The translations under genes and the position numbers were made by a program. Shown here piece after piece: positions 50,186 to 60,086 of a stretch of DNA of 64,000 bases; the stretch's first letter is position 1, and every line of letters begins with the position of its first letter. Below the pieces are notes generated by a model. The model was not told the DNA's origin. It made no database searches and was given only the letters and a program-made list of their open reading frames with translations. Origin of the DNA: Thermodesulfobacteriota bacterium (GTDB lineage: Bacteria > Desulfobacterota_D > UBA1144 > Nemesobacterales > UBA2774); NCBI GenBank assembly GCA_041753155.1, contig JBGSVA010000041.1:7583-71582 (forward strand), read 5' to 3'.

Positions 50186-51073
50186 TTAAGGCTTGGGAAC
50201 GGCTTTCCGGCCGTGTCTTATAGAAATATATTCCCCGAGGGCTTCCTCCCATTGCCTGAGCCTTCTTATTCCTGCGCTTTCCAGTTTTGCATTATCGAGG
50301 ACGGAATATCGGGGCCTTTCGGCTCTTGCCCTGTATTGTTCCGATGTGACCGGGACTACATCGGGGCTCACACCCGCCGCATCGAAGATAGCCGTCCCAA
50401 ACCGATACCACGAGCATTCCCCGGAATTCGTGATGTGGTAGGTACCGTAGTCTTCTTCTTCAAGCAGTTCCGCAATCTTTAAGGCAAGGTCCCGCGTGAA
50501 TGTGGGAGACATCACCTGATCGTCGACTATCTTTATCCGTCCCCCATTCTCAGCGAGTCTTATCATGGTCTCTACAAAATTATGTCCGCGTTTTGCCGGA
50601 AGCCCCAGGCCGAAAAGCCCCGAAGCACGGATGATGAAATGCCGGTCGCACTTACCCATTACCAATCTCTCGCCATCGAGCTTTGAAATACCATAGGCGT
50701 TCAGGGGATGAGGCTCGTCTGTCTCCGTATACGGCTTTCCCTTTTTTCCGTCGAACACATAGTCGGAGCTGATATAAACACAAACCGCACCTGCCCCGGA
50801 GCAAGCGTCCGCGACATGACCCGCGCCCTCCGCATTTAGCAGCATCGCATACGCAGAATCAATTTCACAGCCGTCTACATCTGTATGCCCCGCCGCGTTG
50901 ATTACTATGTCGGGCGTGTGATGACCGATAGTGCTAAATACCGAGTCCCTGTCAGTCAGGTCGAGTTCAAGCCTTCCGGCAGAAATAACACCATAGCTCT
51001 CTTTTTCACGGAACACGTGTACGAGGTCAGCGCCTAGCTGTCCTGTCGGACCGATTATCAATACCTTTTTCAT
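50186..51073 (-). CDS. rfbD: dTDP-4-dehydrorhamnose reductase
   Basis: MKKVLIIGPTGQLG plus an RmlD-like sequence. YxxxK is present. Confidence 0.85.
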   Translation of the reverse strand: MKKVLIIGPTGQLGADLVHVFREKESYGVISAGRLELDLTDRDSVFSTIGHHTPDIVINAAGHTDVDGCEIDSAYAMLLNAEGAGHVADACSGAGAVCVYISSDYVFDGKKGKPYTETDEPHPLNAYGISKLDGERLVMGKCDRHFIIRASGLFGLGLPAKRGHNFVETMIRLAENGGRIKIVDDQVMSPTFTRDLALKIAELLEEEDYGTYHITNSGECSWYRFGTAIFDAAGVSPDVVPVTSEQYRARAERPRYSVLDNAKLESAGIRRLRQWEEALGEYISIRHGRKAVPKP

Positions 51074-51209
51074 CCCGGGAATCTAGTTTAACAGATACCG
51101 TATAAACCTGTCTCATTCGATTGATGATAACCTGGCTCTAAATCGAAAAAACAAGTAACTAATATTATCTACAAGCCAGCCGCATCCGATCACAATCGAT
51201 GAATAATTG

Positions 51210-51412
51210 TGGCGGAGGGCGAGGGATTCGAACCCCCAAGTCCTTGCGGACGCCGGTTTTCAAGACCTATATCGCGCACGTTCTTAAGTCTCCAGAATTG
51301 TTGAAATATTTCTAATTCCCCTTTAATAAACGAATTCCATCTATTCCATATGGTCTACTGAGTATATATGATTCGAATAATTACGGATGGTTCTTAGAAA
51401 ATGCTTGGAAAG
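51210..51412 (-). repeat. tRNA-Ser(UGA) 3'-half fragment (51210-51267) plus a ~145-bp conserved arm. This is copy T2.
   Basis: The minus strand reads ...GGGGGTTCGAATCCCTCGCCCTCCGCCA. The arm shares ctttaataaacgaattccatctattccatatggtcta and ggatggttcttagaaaatgctt with T3. Confidence 0.75.
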
Positions 51413-51532
51413 AAAAGACGCAACTCTATCCCGCATAGATACCGGGACACCTCGATGATTACAGTCGACGTGAGCATATTAATTGGAGCCTGATAGAGGC
51501 CTATCGTTATATCTTTCTACAAAAGTTTTCAC

Positions 51533-51561
51533 TTGACATTATACCTACTAGTAGATAGAAT
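51533..51561 (+). promoter_or_regulatory. Sigma70 promoter (TTGACA-N17-TAGAAT). A CTACTAGTAG palindrome (51545-51554) sits in the spacer. The downstream TetR transcript is predicted to be leaderless.
   Basis: The hexamers and palindrome are read directly. The ATG at 51569 lies ~7 nt after the -10 and has no SD sequence. Confidence 0.6.
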
Positions 51562-51568
51562 ATTTGTC

Positions 51569-52135
51569 ATGAGCAACGAAGTGTCTGACAAAATATTAGA
51601 TGTTGCGCTGGATTATATAATGGGAAGAGGTTATAAAGCCTTCAGCTATAAAGACATTTCCAAGGAAATCGGCATTAAAACGTCGAGTATTCACTATTAT
51701 TTCCCAACCAAGGGCGATCTCGGCAAAACATTGGCCCAAAGATTCTTCCAATACATTACAGAGGCGTTAGAGTTAATCGATAAGACCACCGAAGATCCAA
51801 AAGAAAAAATCAGAAAATTCATACGTATTTTTTATGAAAACTTAAAATCAGGCAATAGGGCGTGCCCGGTTGCAATGCTATCATCAGACTATGAAAATCT
51901 GCCGGAGGAAGTTAAACGAGAAGTAATTAACCTTATTCAATTGCAGGAAACATGGCTTGCGAAAGTGTTGGAATCGGGTATCAAAAAGAAGGTCTTTAAA
52001 TTTTCGGGCAAGCCGAACGATAAAGCTAAAGCGATCTTTTCCGCCATTGAAGGCGCAACAATAGCATCCAGAGCATTTTCTGATCCGGGCAGAATACTTA
52101 TAACGGAAGATTTGATCATGAATAGCATTACCTAA
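51569..52135 (+). CDS. TetR/AcrR-family transcriptional regulator
   Basis: N-terminal HTH (YKDISKEIGIKTSSIHYYFPTKGDL). Confidence 0.85.
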   Translation: MSNEVSDKILDVALDYIMGRGYKAFSYKDISKEIGIKTSSIHYYFPTKGDLGKTLAQRFFQYITEALELIDKTTEDPKEKIRKFIRIFYENLKSGNRACPVAMLSSDYENLPEEVKREVINLIQLQETWLAKVLESGIKKKVFKFSGKPNDKAKAIFSAIEGATIASRAFSDPGRILITEDLIMNSIT

Positions 52136-52150
52136 AAAATTTTAAAACCC

Positions 52151-52178
52151 GTATCTATCTAGTGCTAGATAGATACGA
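52151..52178. promoter_or_regulatory. Perfect 13-bp-arm palindrome CGTATCTATCTAG-tg-CTAGATAGATACG. It is a probable TetR operator upstream of the hydrolase gene.
   Basis: Exact inverted repeat. The half-sites resemble the palindrome inside the TetR promoter. Confidence 0.5.
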
Positions 52179-52290
52179 ATATGCGTACAGGAGGGAATTA
52201 AATGAAGACAAAAATATATAGGTAACATTTGACGAAATTTTATTGTGCTTTCGGCAACAGCAAATTATCAAATTTAAGGAGACAATAAAA

Positions 52291-53319
52291 ATGAGCATAT
52301 TAACCATAAGTAGAATCGCAATGTATGCAGTACTCATATTAACGTGGACAGTAAGCCCACTTGTTATCAATGGTAGTAATCTATTTAGTTCACCTGTAAT
52401 AGCAAAAGAGCAGTCCATAAATAATTACCCCATTCTATATAAAACCGTGAAAATCGACGGACTCGATATATTTTATCGAGAAGCCGGACCGAAAGATGCT
52501 CCGACTATTATTCTGCTTCACGGCTTTCCCACATCATCACATATGTTTCGGAATCTAATTCCTGAACTCTCGGACACATACCATGTGATCGCCCCCGATT
52601 ACCCAGGATTCGGATACAGCTCAATGCCTAGTGTCGATCAATTCGAATACACATTCGACAATCTGGCCTTGGTAATTGAGAAGCTTATAAACAAATTAGA
52701 GCTAGGAAAATATAGCTTATACCTTCAGGACTACGGTGCCCCGGTGGGATTTCGTATTGCTGAAAAGAACCCGGATAAAGTCGAGGCTCTTATTATTCAA
52801 AACGGCAATGCTTACGATGAAGGTCTACGTGATTTTTGGATTCCGCTCAAATCCTATTGGAAAGAAAGGACTCCAGCTAATGCAGAACCCCTTAAAGCAT
52901 TTCTGACTCTGGATGCAACTAAGTGGCAGTTCACGCACGGAGTTCGGAATGTTGACACAATTAGTCCCGACAATTGGAACCACGTTCAACCGCTTCTTGA
53001 CCGTCCCGGTAATCAGGAAATACAGCTGCAACTTTTTTATAGTTATGGTTCGAATCCGCCCCTGTATCCTTCCTGGCAAGCTTATCTAAGAAAATATCAG
53101 CCTCCGACTCTAATAGTTTGGGGTAAGAACGATCAGATATTCCCGGCTGAGGGCGCATACCCGTACAAGCGTGATTTAAATAATCTTGATTTCCATTTGC
53201 TCGATACAGGACACTTTGCTCTCGAAGAAGATTTGCATGTAATTGCTTCTCTAATCAGGAGTTTCCTGGATAAAAACGTTATTCAGAAATCCACAATGGA
53301 AAAACAGGCCGAGAAATGA
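52291..53319 (+). CDS. Secreted alpha/beta-hydrolase (epoxide hydrolase/haloalkane dehalogenase-like)
   Basis: AAGGAG RBS and a signal peptide. [11 protein letters not shown] is the oxyanion region. The nucleophile elbow is LQDYGAP. Confidence 0.75.
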   Translation: MSILTISRIAMYAVLILTWTVSPLVINGSNLFSSPVIAKEQSINNYPILYKTVKIDGLDIFYREAGPKDAPTIILLHGFPTSSHMFRNLIPELSDTYHVIAPDYPGFGYSSMPSVDQFEYTFDNLALVIEKLINKLELGKYSLYLQDYGAPVGFRIAEKNPDKVEALIIQNGNAYDEGLRDFWIPLKSYWKERTPANAEPLKAFLTLDATKWQFTHGVRNVDTISPDNWNHVQPLLDRPGNQEIQLQLFYSYGSNPPLYPSWQAYLRKYQPPTLIVWGKNDQIFPAEGAYPYKRDLNNLDFHLLDTGHFALEEDLHVIASLIRSFLDKNVIQKSTMEKQAEK

Positions 53320-53416
53320 TGGTCTAATCAGACAGTGCTAAAGAGAGACGTCAGAGTGTGTAATTAAAGCATGAGAGGTGGCGAATAAAATAAGAATTAT
53401 CAAATAAGTAGATTAT

Positions 53417-53620
53417 TGGCGGAGGGCGAGGGATTCGAACCCCCAAGTCCTTGCGGACGCCGGTTTTCAAGACCTAATTAGTATCCATTCTTAACTTTCC
53501 GGGATCATTGAAATATTTTTAACTCCCATTTAATAAACGAATTCCATCTATTCCATATGGTCTATTGATTCTATATGGTGGCAAGAATTACGGATGGTTC
53601 TTAGAAAATGCTTAGAAAAT
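53417..53620 (-). repeat. tRNA-Ser(UGA) 3'-half fragment (53417-53474) plus conserved arm. This is copy T3.
   Basis: Fragment identical to T2. The arm is diverged proximally but conserved distally. Confidence 0.75.
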
Positions 53621-53744
53621 AAGACAGGCTAAATATCAGCTCCATGGCAAACACGCAATTGTATGTCGTTTACCAGAGATGATCTGCCGTCATCATTTTT
53701 CAAGGATAACAAGCTCATTAAGTGACTGAATCGAGTTACCTAGG

Positions 53745-56700
53745 CTACCGCGGGTTATCGCTTTTTGAGGAAACGAAGCCGGTTCGCGGAGATACATAAT
53801 AACGAAATGTAATGCCTGCAGACCATTCCGTAAAATCTGCCGACTGATTCACGTCCCCGAAGACACCTAACGCTGTATGATGAGTTAGCAGTTTGAGGGC
53901 CTCTATATTGAAATCGTACCCGATACGGGAGGTGCTTTCTCCCTTGAATTCCCCAACGGAATCTTTTCCTCCGAGCGGGAGGAAGGGGGAGTCCTCGGTG
54001 CGGAAATAGAGATAGCCTACCGCAGCTTCTGCATTCAAATAGTAGGATTTGTAGGGTTTCGTCTTTATGCCGAGTGTGGGGCCGGCCATCAGGAATACAT
54101 CGGGACTGAAGTAGCCTCCGTGTCCGAAGGTGAAGAAATTCGAGTTCCGTTCGAAATGCTGTGTGGTGAAAAAGAGTCCGAGAGAATAATCCAGGACATT
54201 CCGTGAAAAAGTCTTGCCCGCGGATACCGTTCCGTTGATTGCGTTGTTGCCCTTCACGTTATCGCCCCAGTAATAATCATAGCCCGCTAGGAGGGTCAAC
54301 CAATAAGGGGAGGAAGGTATGATGTTGAGCTCGGCTTCCGCGCCTGTCTGCAACACCCTCCCCCATTCTCTCCCGCCATAAGGGTCTTTCAGGCCCGTGT
54401 AGGACAGTATGGACTCCATTACCGGATACTGGTGAAGGTTTATCCGCCACCTGTCCTGTTTCATTTCAAAGGTAAGGGTGGGAAGAGGATATACGGGCCC
54501 GTTAAGAGGAGTCGTTCCGACTTCGATATCGAGATTTATAACTCCCTCCTTCTCGAAACTAATATTAGGGGTCAAGACCCATAAGGAATTAATCAGACTC
54601 CTTATCTGCGGATTCCCCTTAGGGGCGGTCCCGACGAATGGGGCTTCCGGTGTGCGGCCCGAATATAGCCATTGAGTCGTGAACGAAAACCGGACGTCGT
54701 TACCCCATTTGAACGGATATGAGAATCCGGCAGACAATGAAAACACGCTTAGTTCGGATATCCCGGAATCGCCGGTCTTGTGACCGAACCACGGTCGGAA
54801 TTCGAAGTACAATTTGTCGGAATTACTATACGGGGCGTCGGAATCGGGGTTGATTTGGGCGGCGGTAAGGAACATATTGTGTGAAGCGAAGTATGAACCT
54901 GACACCTCCCGGAAGTCTTTGCCTCCTCCTTTGCCCGCCACATAGCTGAATCTGATGGCGTCATTTCGTCTTCCGAGCTTCTCATAGGTATTGAGGATCG
55001 CTTCCGCGATTTTTGCTTCTTTCTCACTCTCATAAACAGATAGGAATATATCGAGCGCCCGGTCATATTCCCCTTTGCCGTACAATGTCCAGGCCAGCAG
55101 CGTCTGTGCATCCTTATTTTCGGGAGCAATGCTTAACACCCTTTCCAACATCCTCTCCGACCCGGCATAATCTTTTTGTTCGTACAACCTGTTCCCGATT
55201 TTAAGATATATTTGAGATTCAATCTTGTTCTTCTCCGCTTGCTCCAAATCGGACTCTCTTAATAATCCAAGGGCCTTGTCTTCCTCGTTAAGTGCTATGA
55301 GGACGTATATCAGGCCCAGCGTGGAATCGTCATTTGCCGGGTGCTGTTCGTGAAGATACGAAAATATTTCATAAGCCTCCCAGTAGTTCTTTGCATTGTA
55401 GTACTTCCAAGCTTTCGTCAGGAGCGCATCCGGGTCCTGCGGGTCGATAGCTAATATTTCATCCGCCAGTTCTTCGGCCTGAGCAGTATCATCTAAAGCA
55501 ACAGAAAGCCGTTCCTTTAAAACATTCAGGTACAGCTCCGACAGCTGCTCCTTGTATTTAGGAAGCAAACCAGCCCGCTTCATCTCCTCGCCTATGAGTG
55601 GTTTTATTTCGGAATACACGGAATTGGATTTCAGTCCGTAAAACGCGGCGATCCTCAAATCCCAATCATCGGCGCATGCCGAGAGGAGACTATAATAGAT
55701 TCTCCGGGCTTCTTCCTTCCTGCCGCTCTTGTCGAGTATGTTCGCAGCATCGTAAAAAATCCAAGGGTCGTTGCACCTGTCCAATCTGTTTTTATAGTCA
55801 TTGACGAAGCCGATCAGCGCTTCGGTATTGTGCGTCTTTTTCGCTCTTGCGAACTGCCGGGAGATGAGGGGCTGCTCCTGACGCCGGCTCTTCCTTTCCT
55901 CTATTATCTTCCTCCATTCTTCCCTCTCGCCCTCGCCGAGAGCCAATATATAAAGGGCCGCTTTATCATAGTCCTTCATTTCTATTAAGAGGTTGAGCAA
56001 GCTCGGGAGGGTTTCTTTGATTTGATAATTCTGCCCCACAATTAATTCGAGCAGTGCGGCAGCGTCTGCCTTTCTGTCAAGTTTAATATAGCAATATGCG
56101 AGCCCCAGTCTTGCCTCCGACAGGGTATCGGCGTTTTTCTCGGCTTCTTTGAAATAATTAAGCGCTTCGCTACACATGCCCGCCTTATACCCCCTCCATC
56201 CCCGGTCCAAATATTGTCTGGCCTCATCAAAAGAAACTACATCGGTAATTTCTTCGGAACTCGTTACTCGTCCTGTTCCAAGCTGTTCTTTCCTCAACAC
56301 GTCCATTAAGTTAGTCTGACCGCTTTTGCTCTCCGACACCGTGTCGGAACCCGGAGACTGCTCGATCGATTCCTGATTCGGACTTACACTCCTGACATCA
56401 GAAGAGTGCTGTTCCCGAGAAAGCGTCAGGACGTTTGAATTTCGGTTATTCTCCGGAGCGGTGTCCGCAGAGCGGCCGGAGGGAATTTCAAGGACTACGT
56501 GCCTTTCAGACTTAGGGAGGCTCACGATCGTGGCATCCCTGAATCCCGATTCCTTGAGTGTGCTTAAGTTGGAAACGAGAGCTCCTTTTATGCCGGAACT
56601 GCCCGCCCTCACGATATATGAGTTCCCGGACCTTTCTACCGTTACAGTTATGACGACCTTTTTCGACACAAGATTCGCAAATGCAGCTGCCGAATCGAGG

Positions 56701-56801
56701 TTTGCAAATGATGCGATTTCAATCGTGTATTCGTTCTGGGGTTCGGCTAAAGCTGGAAGGTCCACAGCTACGATAAACAATAAGATCAGAGCGGCTTTCA
56801 A
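53745..56801 (-). CDS. bcsC: Cellulose synthase operon protein C: signal peptide, SPOR-like N-terminal domain, TPR repeats and a C-terminal outer-membrane beta-barrel
   Basis: It is the last gene of bcsABZ-. Multiple TPR-like helical repeats. The C-terminal ~380 aa are beta-rich, with an aromatic C-terminus. Confidence 0.7.
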   Translation of the reverse strand: MKAALILLFIVAVDLPALAEPQNEYTIEIASFANLDSAAAFANLVSKKVVITVTVERSGNSYIVRAGSSGIKGALVSNLSTLKESGFRDATIVSLPKSERHVVLEIPSGRSADTAPENNRNSNVLTLSREQHSSDVRSVSPNQESIEQSPGSDTVSESKSGQTNLMDVLRKEQLGTGRVTSSEEITDVVSFDEARQYLDRGWRGYKAGMCSEALNYFKEAEKNADTLSEARLGLAYCYIKLDRKADAAALLELIVGQNYQIKETLPSLLNLLIEMKDYDKAALYILALGEGEREEWRKIIEERKSRRQEQPLISRQFARAKKTHNTEALIGFVNDYKNRLDRCNDPWIFYDAANILDKSGRKEEARRIYYSLLSACADDWDLRIAAFYGLKSNSVYSEIKPLIGEEMKRAGLLPKYKEQLSELYLNVLKERLSVALDDTAQAEELADEILAIDPQDPDALLTKAWKYYNAKNYWEAYEIFSYLHEQHPANDDSTLGLIYVLIALNEEDKALGLLRESDLEQAEKNKIESQIYLKIGNRLYEQKDYAGSERMLERVLSIAPENKDAQTLLAWTLYGKGEYDRALDIFLSVYESEKEAKIAEAILNTYEKLGRRNDAIRFSYVAGKGGGKDFREVSGSYFASHNMFLTAAQINPDSDAPYSNSDKLYFEFRPWFGHKTGDSGISELSVFSLSAGFSYPFKWGNDVRFSFTTQWLYSGRTPEAPFVGTAPKGNPQIRSLINSLWVLTPNISFEKEGVINLDIEVGTTPLNGPVYPLPTLTFEMKQDRWRINLHQYPVMESILSYTGLKDPYGGREWGRVLQTGAEAELNIIPSSPYWLTLLAGYDYYWGDNVKGNNAINGTVSAGKTFSRNVLDYSLGLFFTTQHFERNSNFFTFGHGGYFSPDVFLMAGPTLGIKTKPYKSYYLNAEAAVGYLYFRTEDSPFLPLGGKDSVGEFKGESTSRIGYDFNIEALKLLTHHTALGVFGDVNQSADFTEWSAGITFRYYVSPRTGFVSSKSDNPR

Positions 56802-57835
56802 TTATTTAATCCCGTGGCTAATAGATAAAGGGTGAAGGAATAATAATCGTCTTTCTCTTCAGTCAATTTGAGTTTCGCGTCGGTGAAAAGCTCATCGCTT
56901 AAACTATCATCGCCCATTATTTTAGCGGCGCGAGCCAGGACCGCGTAAAATCCTGCCGGCGCGGACTGTAATGATATGCTGTTATCCTCTAGATTTACCC
57001 ATATAGGTACGTAGCCGTTCTTCCGATATATGTTCAATATCCCCTTTATCCCCTTGGGGAACTCGTCCTTTGCATCCATGGATAGATAGAGAAGCACCCT
57101 GATTGCCTCATATCCGAAATACTCGCTCCTCTCCGCAAATACGGAAAAACCGGACCCATTCGTAATGATCCAATCGGCCGGAAGGTTGAGACTGGAAAAC
57201 AACGCCTCGGACAGAACCGAGCTGCTGCTTTTATATACTTTATCCCAAAAGGTCTTGTCGTCGACTCTTGAAAAGGCTCGGAACGCCGGAAGAATCAAAT
57301 ACGAAGGGTTTATTATAAAATCCTCACCCCTGGTGAATCCGTAATAAGCGGGCAGGAGAAGTGTGCGTCCCTTATGGGTAAAGGCGAGCTCCTCCCTGAT
57401 CGCTATAATGATATTTGATGCATTATCAGTATAGGATTTATCTCCCCACTTTTGCCCGGCCTCCAATAGTGCGTAGGCGATCAGAATGTCTCCGTCCGTG
57501 GCGTTGTTGTAATCGATGATCCCCCATGTCCCGTTCGCCCTCTTTCCCCAGAGCCAGCAGTGGAGTCCATCTTTTCTGGCACGGAGGTTATTATTTGTCC
57601 ACTGCCGAATTTTTTCGAACAACTCCCTATCATCGTGAATCACCGCCAATAGCATTACGTACCCCTGCCCTTCAGAATGAGATGCCTTATTCTGATAGTA
57701 GTCGATAACGCGTCCGTCCTCGCTTATGAAATGCTCCTTATATAATTCCCAGCCGTACTGCTCCCCGGCGCTGTAACTGGCGTGAATAAAGAGGAGCAAC
57801 AAGCAACTGATTATAGGATAGCTTTTAACTGCCAA
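56798..57835 (-). CDS. bcsZ: Endoglucanase, glycoside hydrolase family 8
   Basis: Signal peptide. SEGQGYVM (GH8 catalytic Glu region). DGD motif. Confidence 0.8.
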   Translation of the reverse strand: MAVKSYPIISCLLLLFIHASYSAGEQYGWELYKEHFISEDGRVIDYYQNKASHSEGQGYVMLLAVIHDDRELFEKIRQWTNNNLRARKDGLHCWLWGKRANGTWGIIDYNNATDGDILIAYALLEAGQKWGDKSYTDNASNIIIAIREELAFTHKGRTLLLPAYYGFTRGEDFIINPSYLILPAFRAFSRVDDKTFWDKVYKSSSSVLSEALFSSLNLPADWIITNGSGFSVFAERSEYFGYEAIRVLLYLSMDAKDEFPKGIKGILNIYRKNGYVPIWVNLEDNSISLQSAPAGFYAVLARAAKIMGDDSLSDELFTDAKLKLTEEKDDYYSFTLYLLATGLNN

Positions 57836-60068
57836 CTCTTCCGCTCCTGTTTCTCCTCAGTACATAGTAGATGCTGAAGGTTAAAGCCACGAATGCAAGA
57901 ACCAGCAATACGAAGTAAGCTGATCTCGAACTGTTGAATAATGATTTTAGTTTGTCACCGCTTTTCTGATTACCAGCATAGTAGCTATTCCCCAGGGTCT
58001 GTGACATGACATTATACTCGCCGTCCTTAAAATCGACCAGAACTAAGTCACCGTTAGCCCCGCCTTGCACCGACGTCTTCCCGAGTGCTCGGCTCAAGGC
58101 GAGCAAATCGTTCGGCGTGGCTGCTGTAACGAGGAGCAGGGAGCGACCGGACTGGTAGGGGGACTGGAATTCCATTACCGACCCCTGGCCTTCTCCTAGC
58201 CCGCCTGTCTGTTCCATATAGACCGTCTCATCAGCGAGGGCAAGTTTCTGCTCCGAGTTTCCGGATATATAATTCCTTATTCGTTTCCAGGCGGGAACGG
58301 ACCCGTCCAAACTCATGCTTTTAACCAGCGGGTAAGGCGCGGTCACCATAGAGCCGTACTTTAACGGCGCTCTATCCTTGATGTCTTCCGGCATGTTCCC
58401 TATGTCTCCGACTGCGATGATCTCTCCCTTCCAGTCCCGAGGATTGTCGATGACAACGTTTAACCGCAGCTGCGGGTAACCGATCTTCTGTGTCATGATC
58501 CCTATAAGGTTCAAAGCCGAGCCAACCGTATCGTCGTCTGCTGATGCCACATACAGTGCAGTCTCCCTACCGTCGGGCCACCTCGTAAAGGGGAAGCCGT
58601 CCTGGAAGAACAGTTCGATCTTAGGCAATCCTATCCAGTGAGACAATGAGGGGAACCGAAACGTGGAGTCACCGAATATCGTTAAAAAAAGATTCTCGAC
58701 CCGGATCAATTCGCAGCGCCCGCTAACTGAAGGCGTCAGCACCGGTTCAAACCTGATTGCGTTGTCGCCATTATTAAAGAGATATATCGGGATCGAAATC
58801 TTATAATCGCTGAATACTGCACCGTTTGGATTATTAAGTGGTATGGCGGCAGCCAGTTGGTTATTCAAGCGGATGTTGAGAACAGAATCAGAACGCATTC
58901 CCGCTCCGTACGCGAGATGGAGATAAAGGTCCGCGTATTGATTCTGCTCGAGAAGAAGGTCAGCCGGCAATCTAACCGGCAGGTTCTTCGGCTCGGGTGT
59001 AAATCCGGTGAAAGTGGCGCTAGAGAATCCCATGTCGCTAAATGCGTAAGTCTCTCCAGGATCAAGAATTGACTTTCCCGAATACGGTGTGACTTCAGGT
59101 AGTATTACCTGTGTTATGTCAACCCTGTCGGCATCCGGGAATGGGAACGAAAGTACTGCCAGCGATGTTGCAGCCAACTTCATCTCCTCAAAATTATTGC
59201 CGGATACAATAATGAGCGCTGCTGTACCATTTGGAGCAGGATTGTCGAGAGTGCGGCCCGTAGGTGCATCTTGGGAAGCCAGGACATGTGCTATCTGGAG
59301 ATAGGGTCCGTCAATACTTATATCGCTATCGCCCAGAATACTTTCGACAAACTCTTTTCTTCCTATCACAATATTATCCACTCCGGGCATAATATTTTTG
59401 GAAAAATTGAAATCGACCTGCCTGTAATCGAACCTGAGAGCTATACCAGAGGCTACAATGCTTGCGAGAGAAATTGATTCCTGAGACCCGTCTTCGGTAA
59501 CAATATTTATTTTTCCATAAGGGAGGATCTTCGGGTCGAAAAGGAAACCGGGTATGGACGACAGCTTAAGTGGAACGGGCTTCATATCGTATTCAAGCTC
59601 TATGAATGCCTTGTCTAGCGATAGCGTAGTCCAGAGCTCAGGCGCACACGGCACCTCACAGTCCATTGTATAATGCTGCGAGACGTAGAAAGTCAGGTCG
59701 TTATAGCCCGAGTCCAGAAGCTCCCCGGGAAGACGAACCCTTGCCTTCCCCTCGGGGGCCAAAGGATTTAACTCTATCTGTGCTAGTGGATAGCCGTTCA
59801 ATTTCAGAACCAGACGTGAGTTCTGCGGTAGAAGCGCCGAGGAGTTGACGTAGCTGAAATCGATGAAACCACTTTTGATTCTCCATCTCTCGGGTATAGG
59901 AAGCTTAATATTGAACTCTGCTTCCGAACATTTGAGGTTGGTAATCCCGACCGGCGCTACTTCATGAAGGGGTATTTTAACGGCAGCCGCTCCGGCTCCG
60001 AAGACAGGATACAACAGTGTTGTAAATAGGAAATATTGAACGAATTTTATTACTCTCACTTTATTCAC
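57825..60068 (-). CDS. bcsB: Cellulose synthase periplasmic regulatory subunit B
   Basis: Signal peptide, a ~720-aa periplasmic region and a C-terminal TM anchor. It lies immediately downstream of bcsA. Confidence 0.75.
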   Translation of the reverse strand: MNKVRVIKFVQYFLFTTLLYPVFGAGAAAVKIPLHEVAPVGITNLKCSEAEFNIKLPIPERWRIKSGFIDFSYVNSSALLPQNSRLVLKLNGYPLAQIELNPLAPEGKARVRLPGELLDSGYNDLTFYVSQHYTMDCEVPCAPELWTTLSLDKAFIELEYDMKPVPLKLSSIPGFLFDPKILPYGKINIVTEDGSQESISLASIVASGIALRFDYRQVDFNFSKNIMPGVDNIVIGRKEFVESILGDSDISIDGPYLQIAHVLASQDAPTGRTLDNPAPNGTAALIIVSGNNFEEMKLAATSLAVLSFPFPDADRVDITQVILPEVTPYSGKSILDPGETYAFSDMGFSSATFTGFTPEPKNLPVRLPADLLLEQNQYADLYLHLAYGAGMRSDSVLNIRLNNQLAAAIPLNNPNGAVFSDYKISIPIYLFNNGDNAIRFEPVLTPSVSGRCELIRVENLFLTIFGDSTFRFPSLSHWIGLPKIELFFQDGFPFTRWPDGRETALYVASADDDTVGSALNLIGIMTQKIGYPQLRLNVVIDNPRDWKGEIIAVGDIGNMPEDIKDRAPLKYGSMVTAPYPLVKSMSLDGSVPAWKRIRNYISGNSEQKLALADETVYMEQTGGLGEGQGSVMEFQSPYQSGRSLLLVTAATPNDLLALSRALGKTSVQGGANGDLVLVDFKDGEYNVMSQTLGNSYYAGNQKSGDKLKSLFNSSRSAYFVLLVLAFVALTFSIYYVLRRNRSGRVGS

Positions 60069-60086
60069 CTTGTGTTTAATAATGTT

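Noticed and set aside
52151-52178. Rho-independent terminator after the TetR gene
   Set aside because: The palindrome is AT-rich and not followed by a T-tract. Its half-sites resemble the palindrome in the TetR promoter, so an operator is the better reading.
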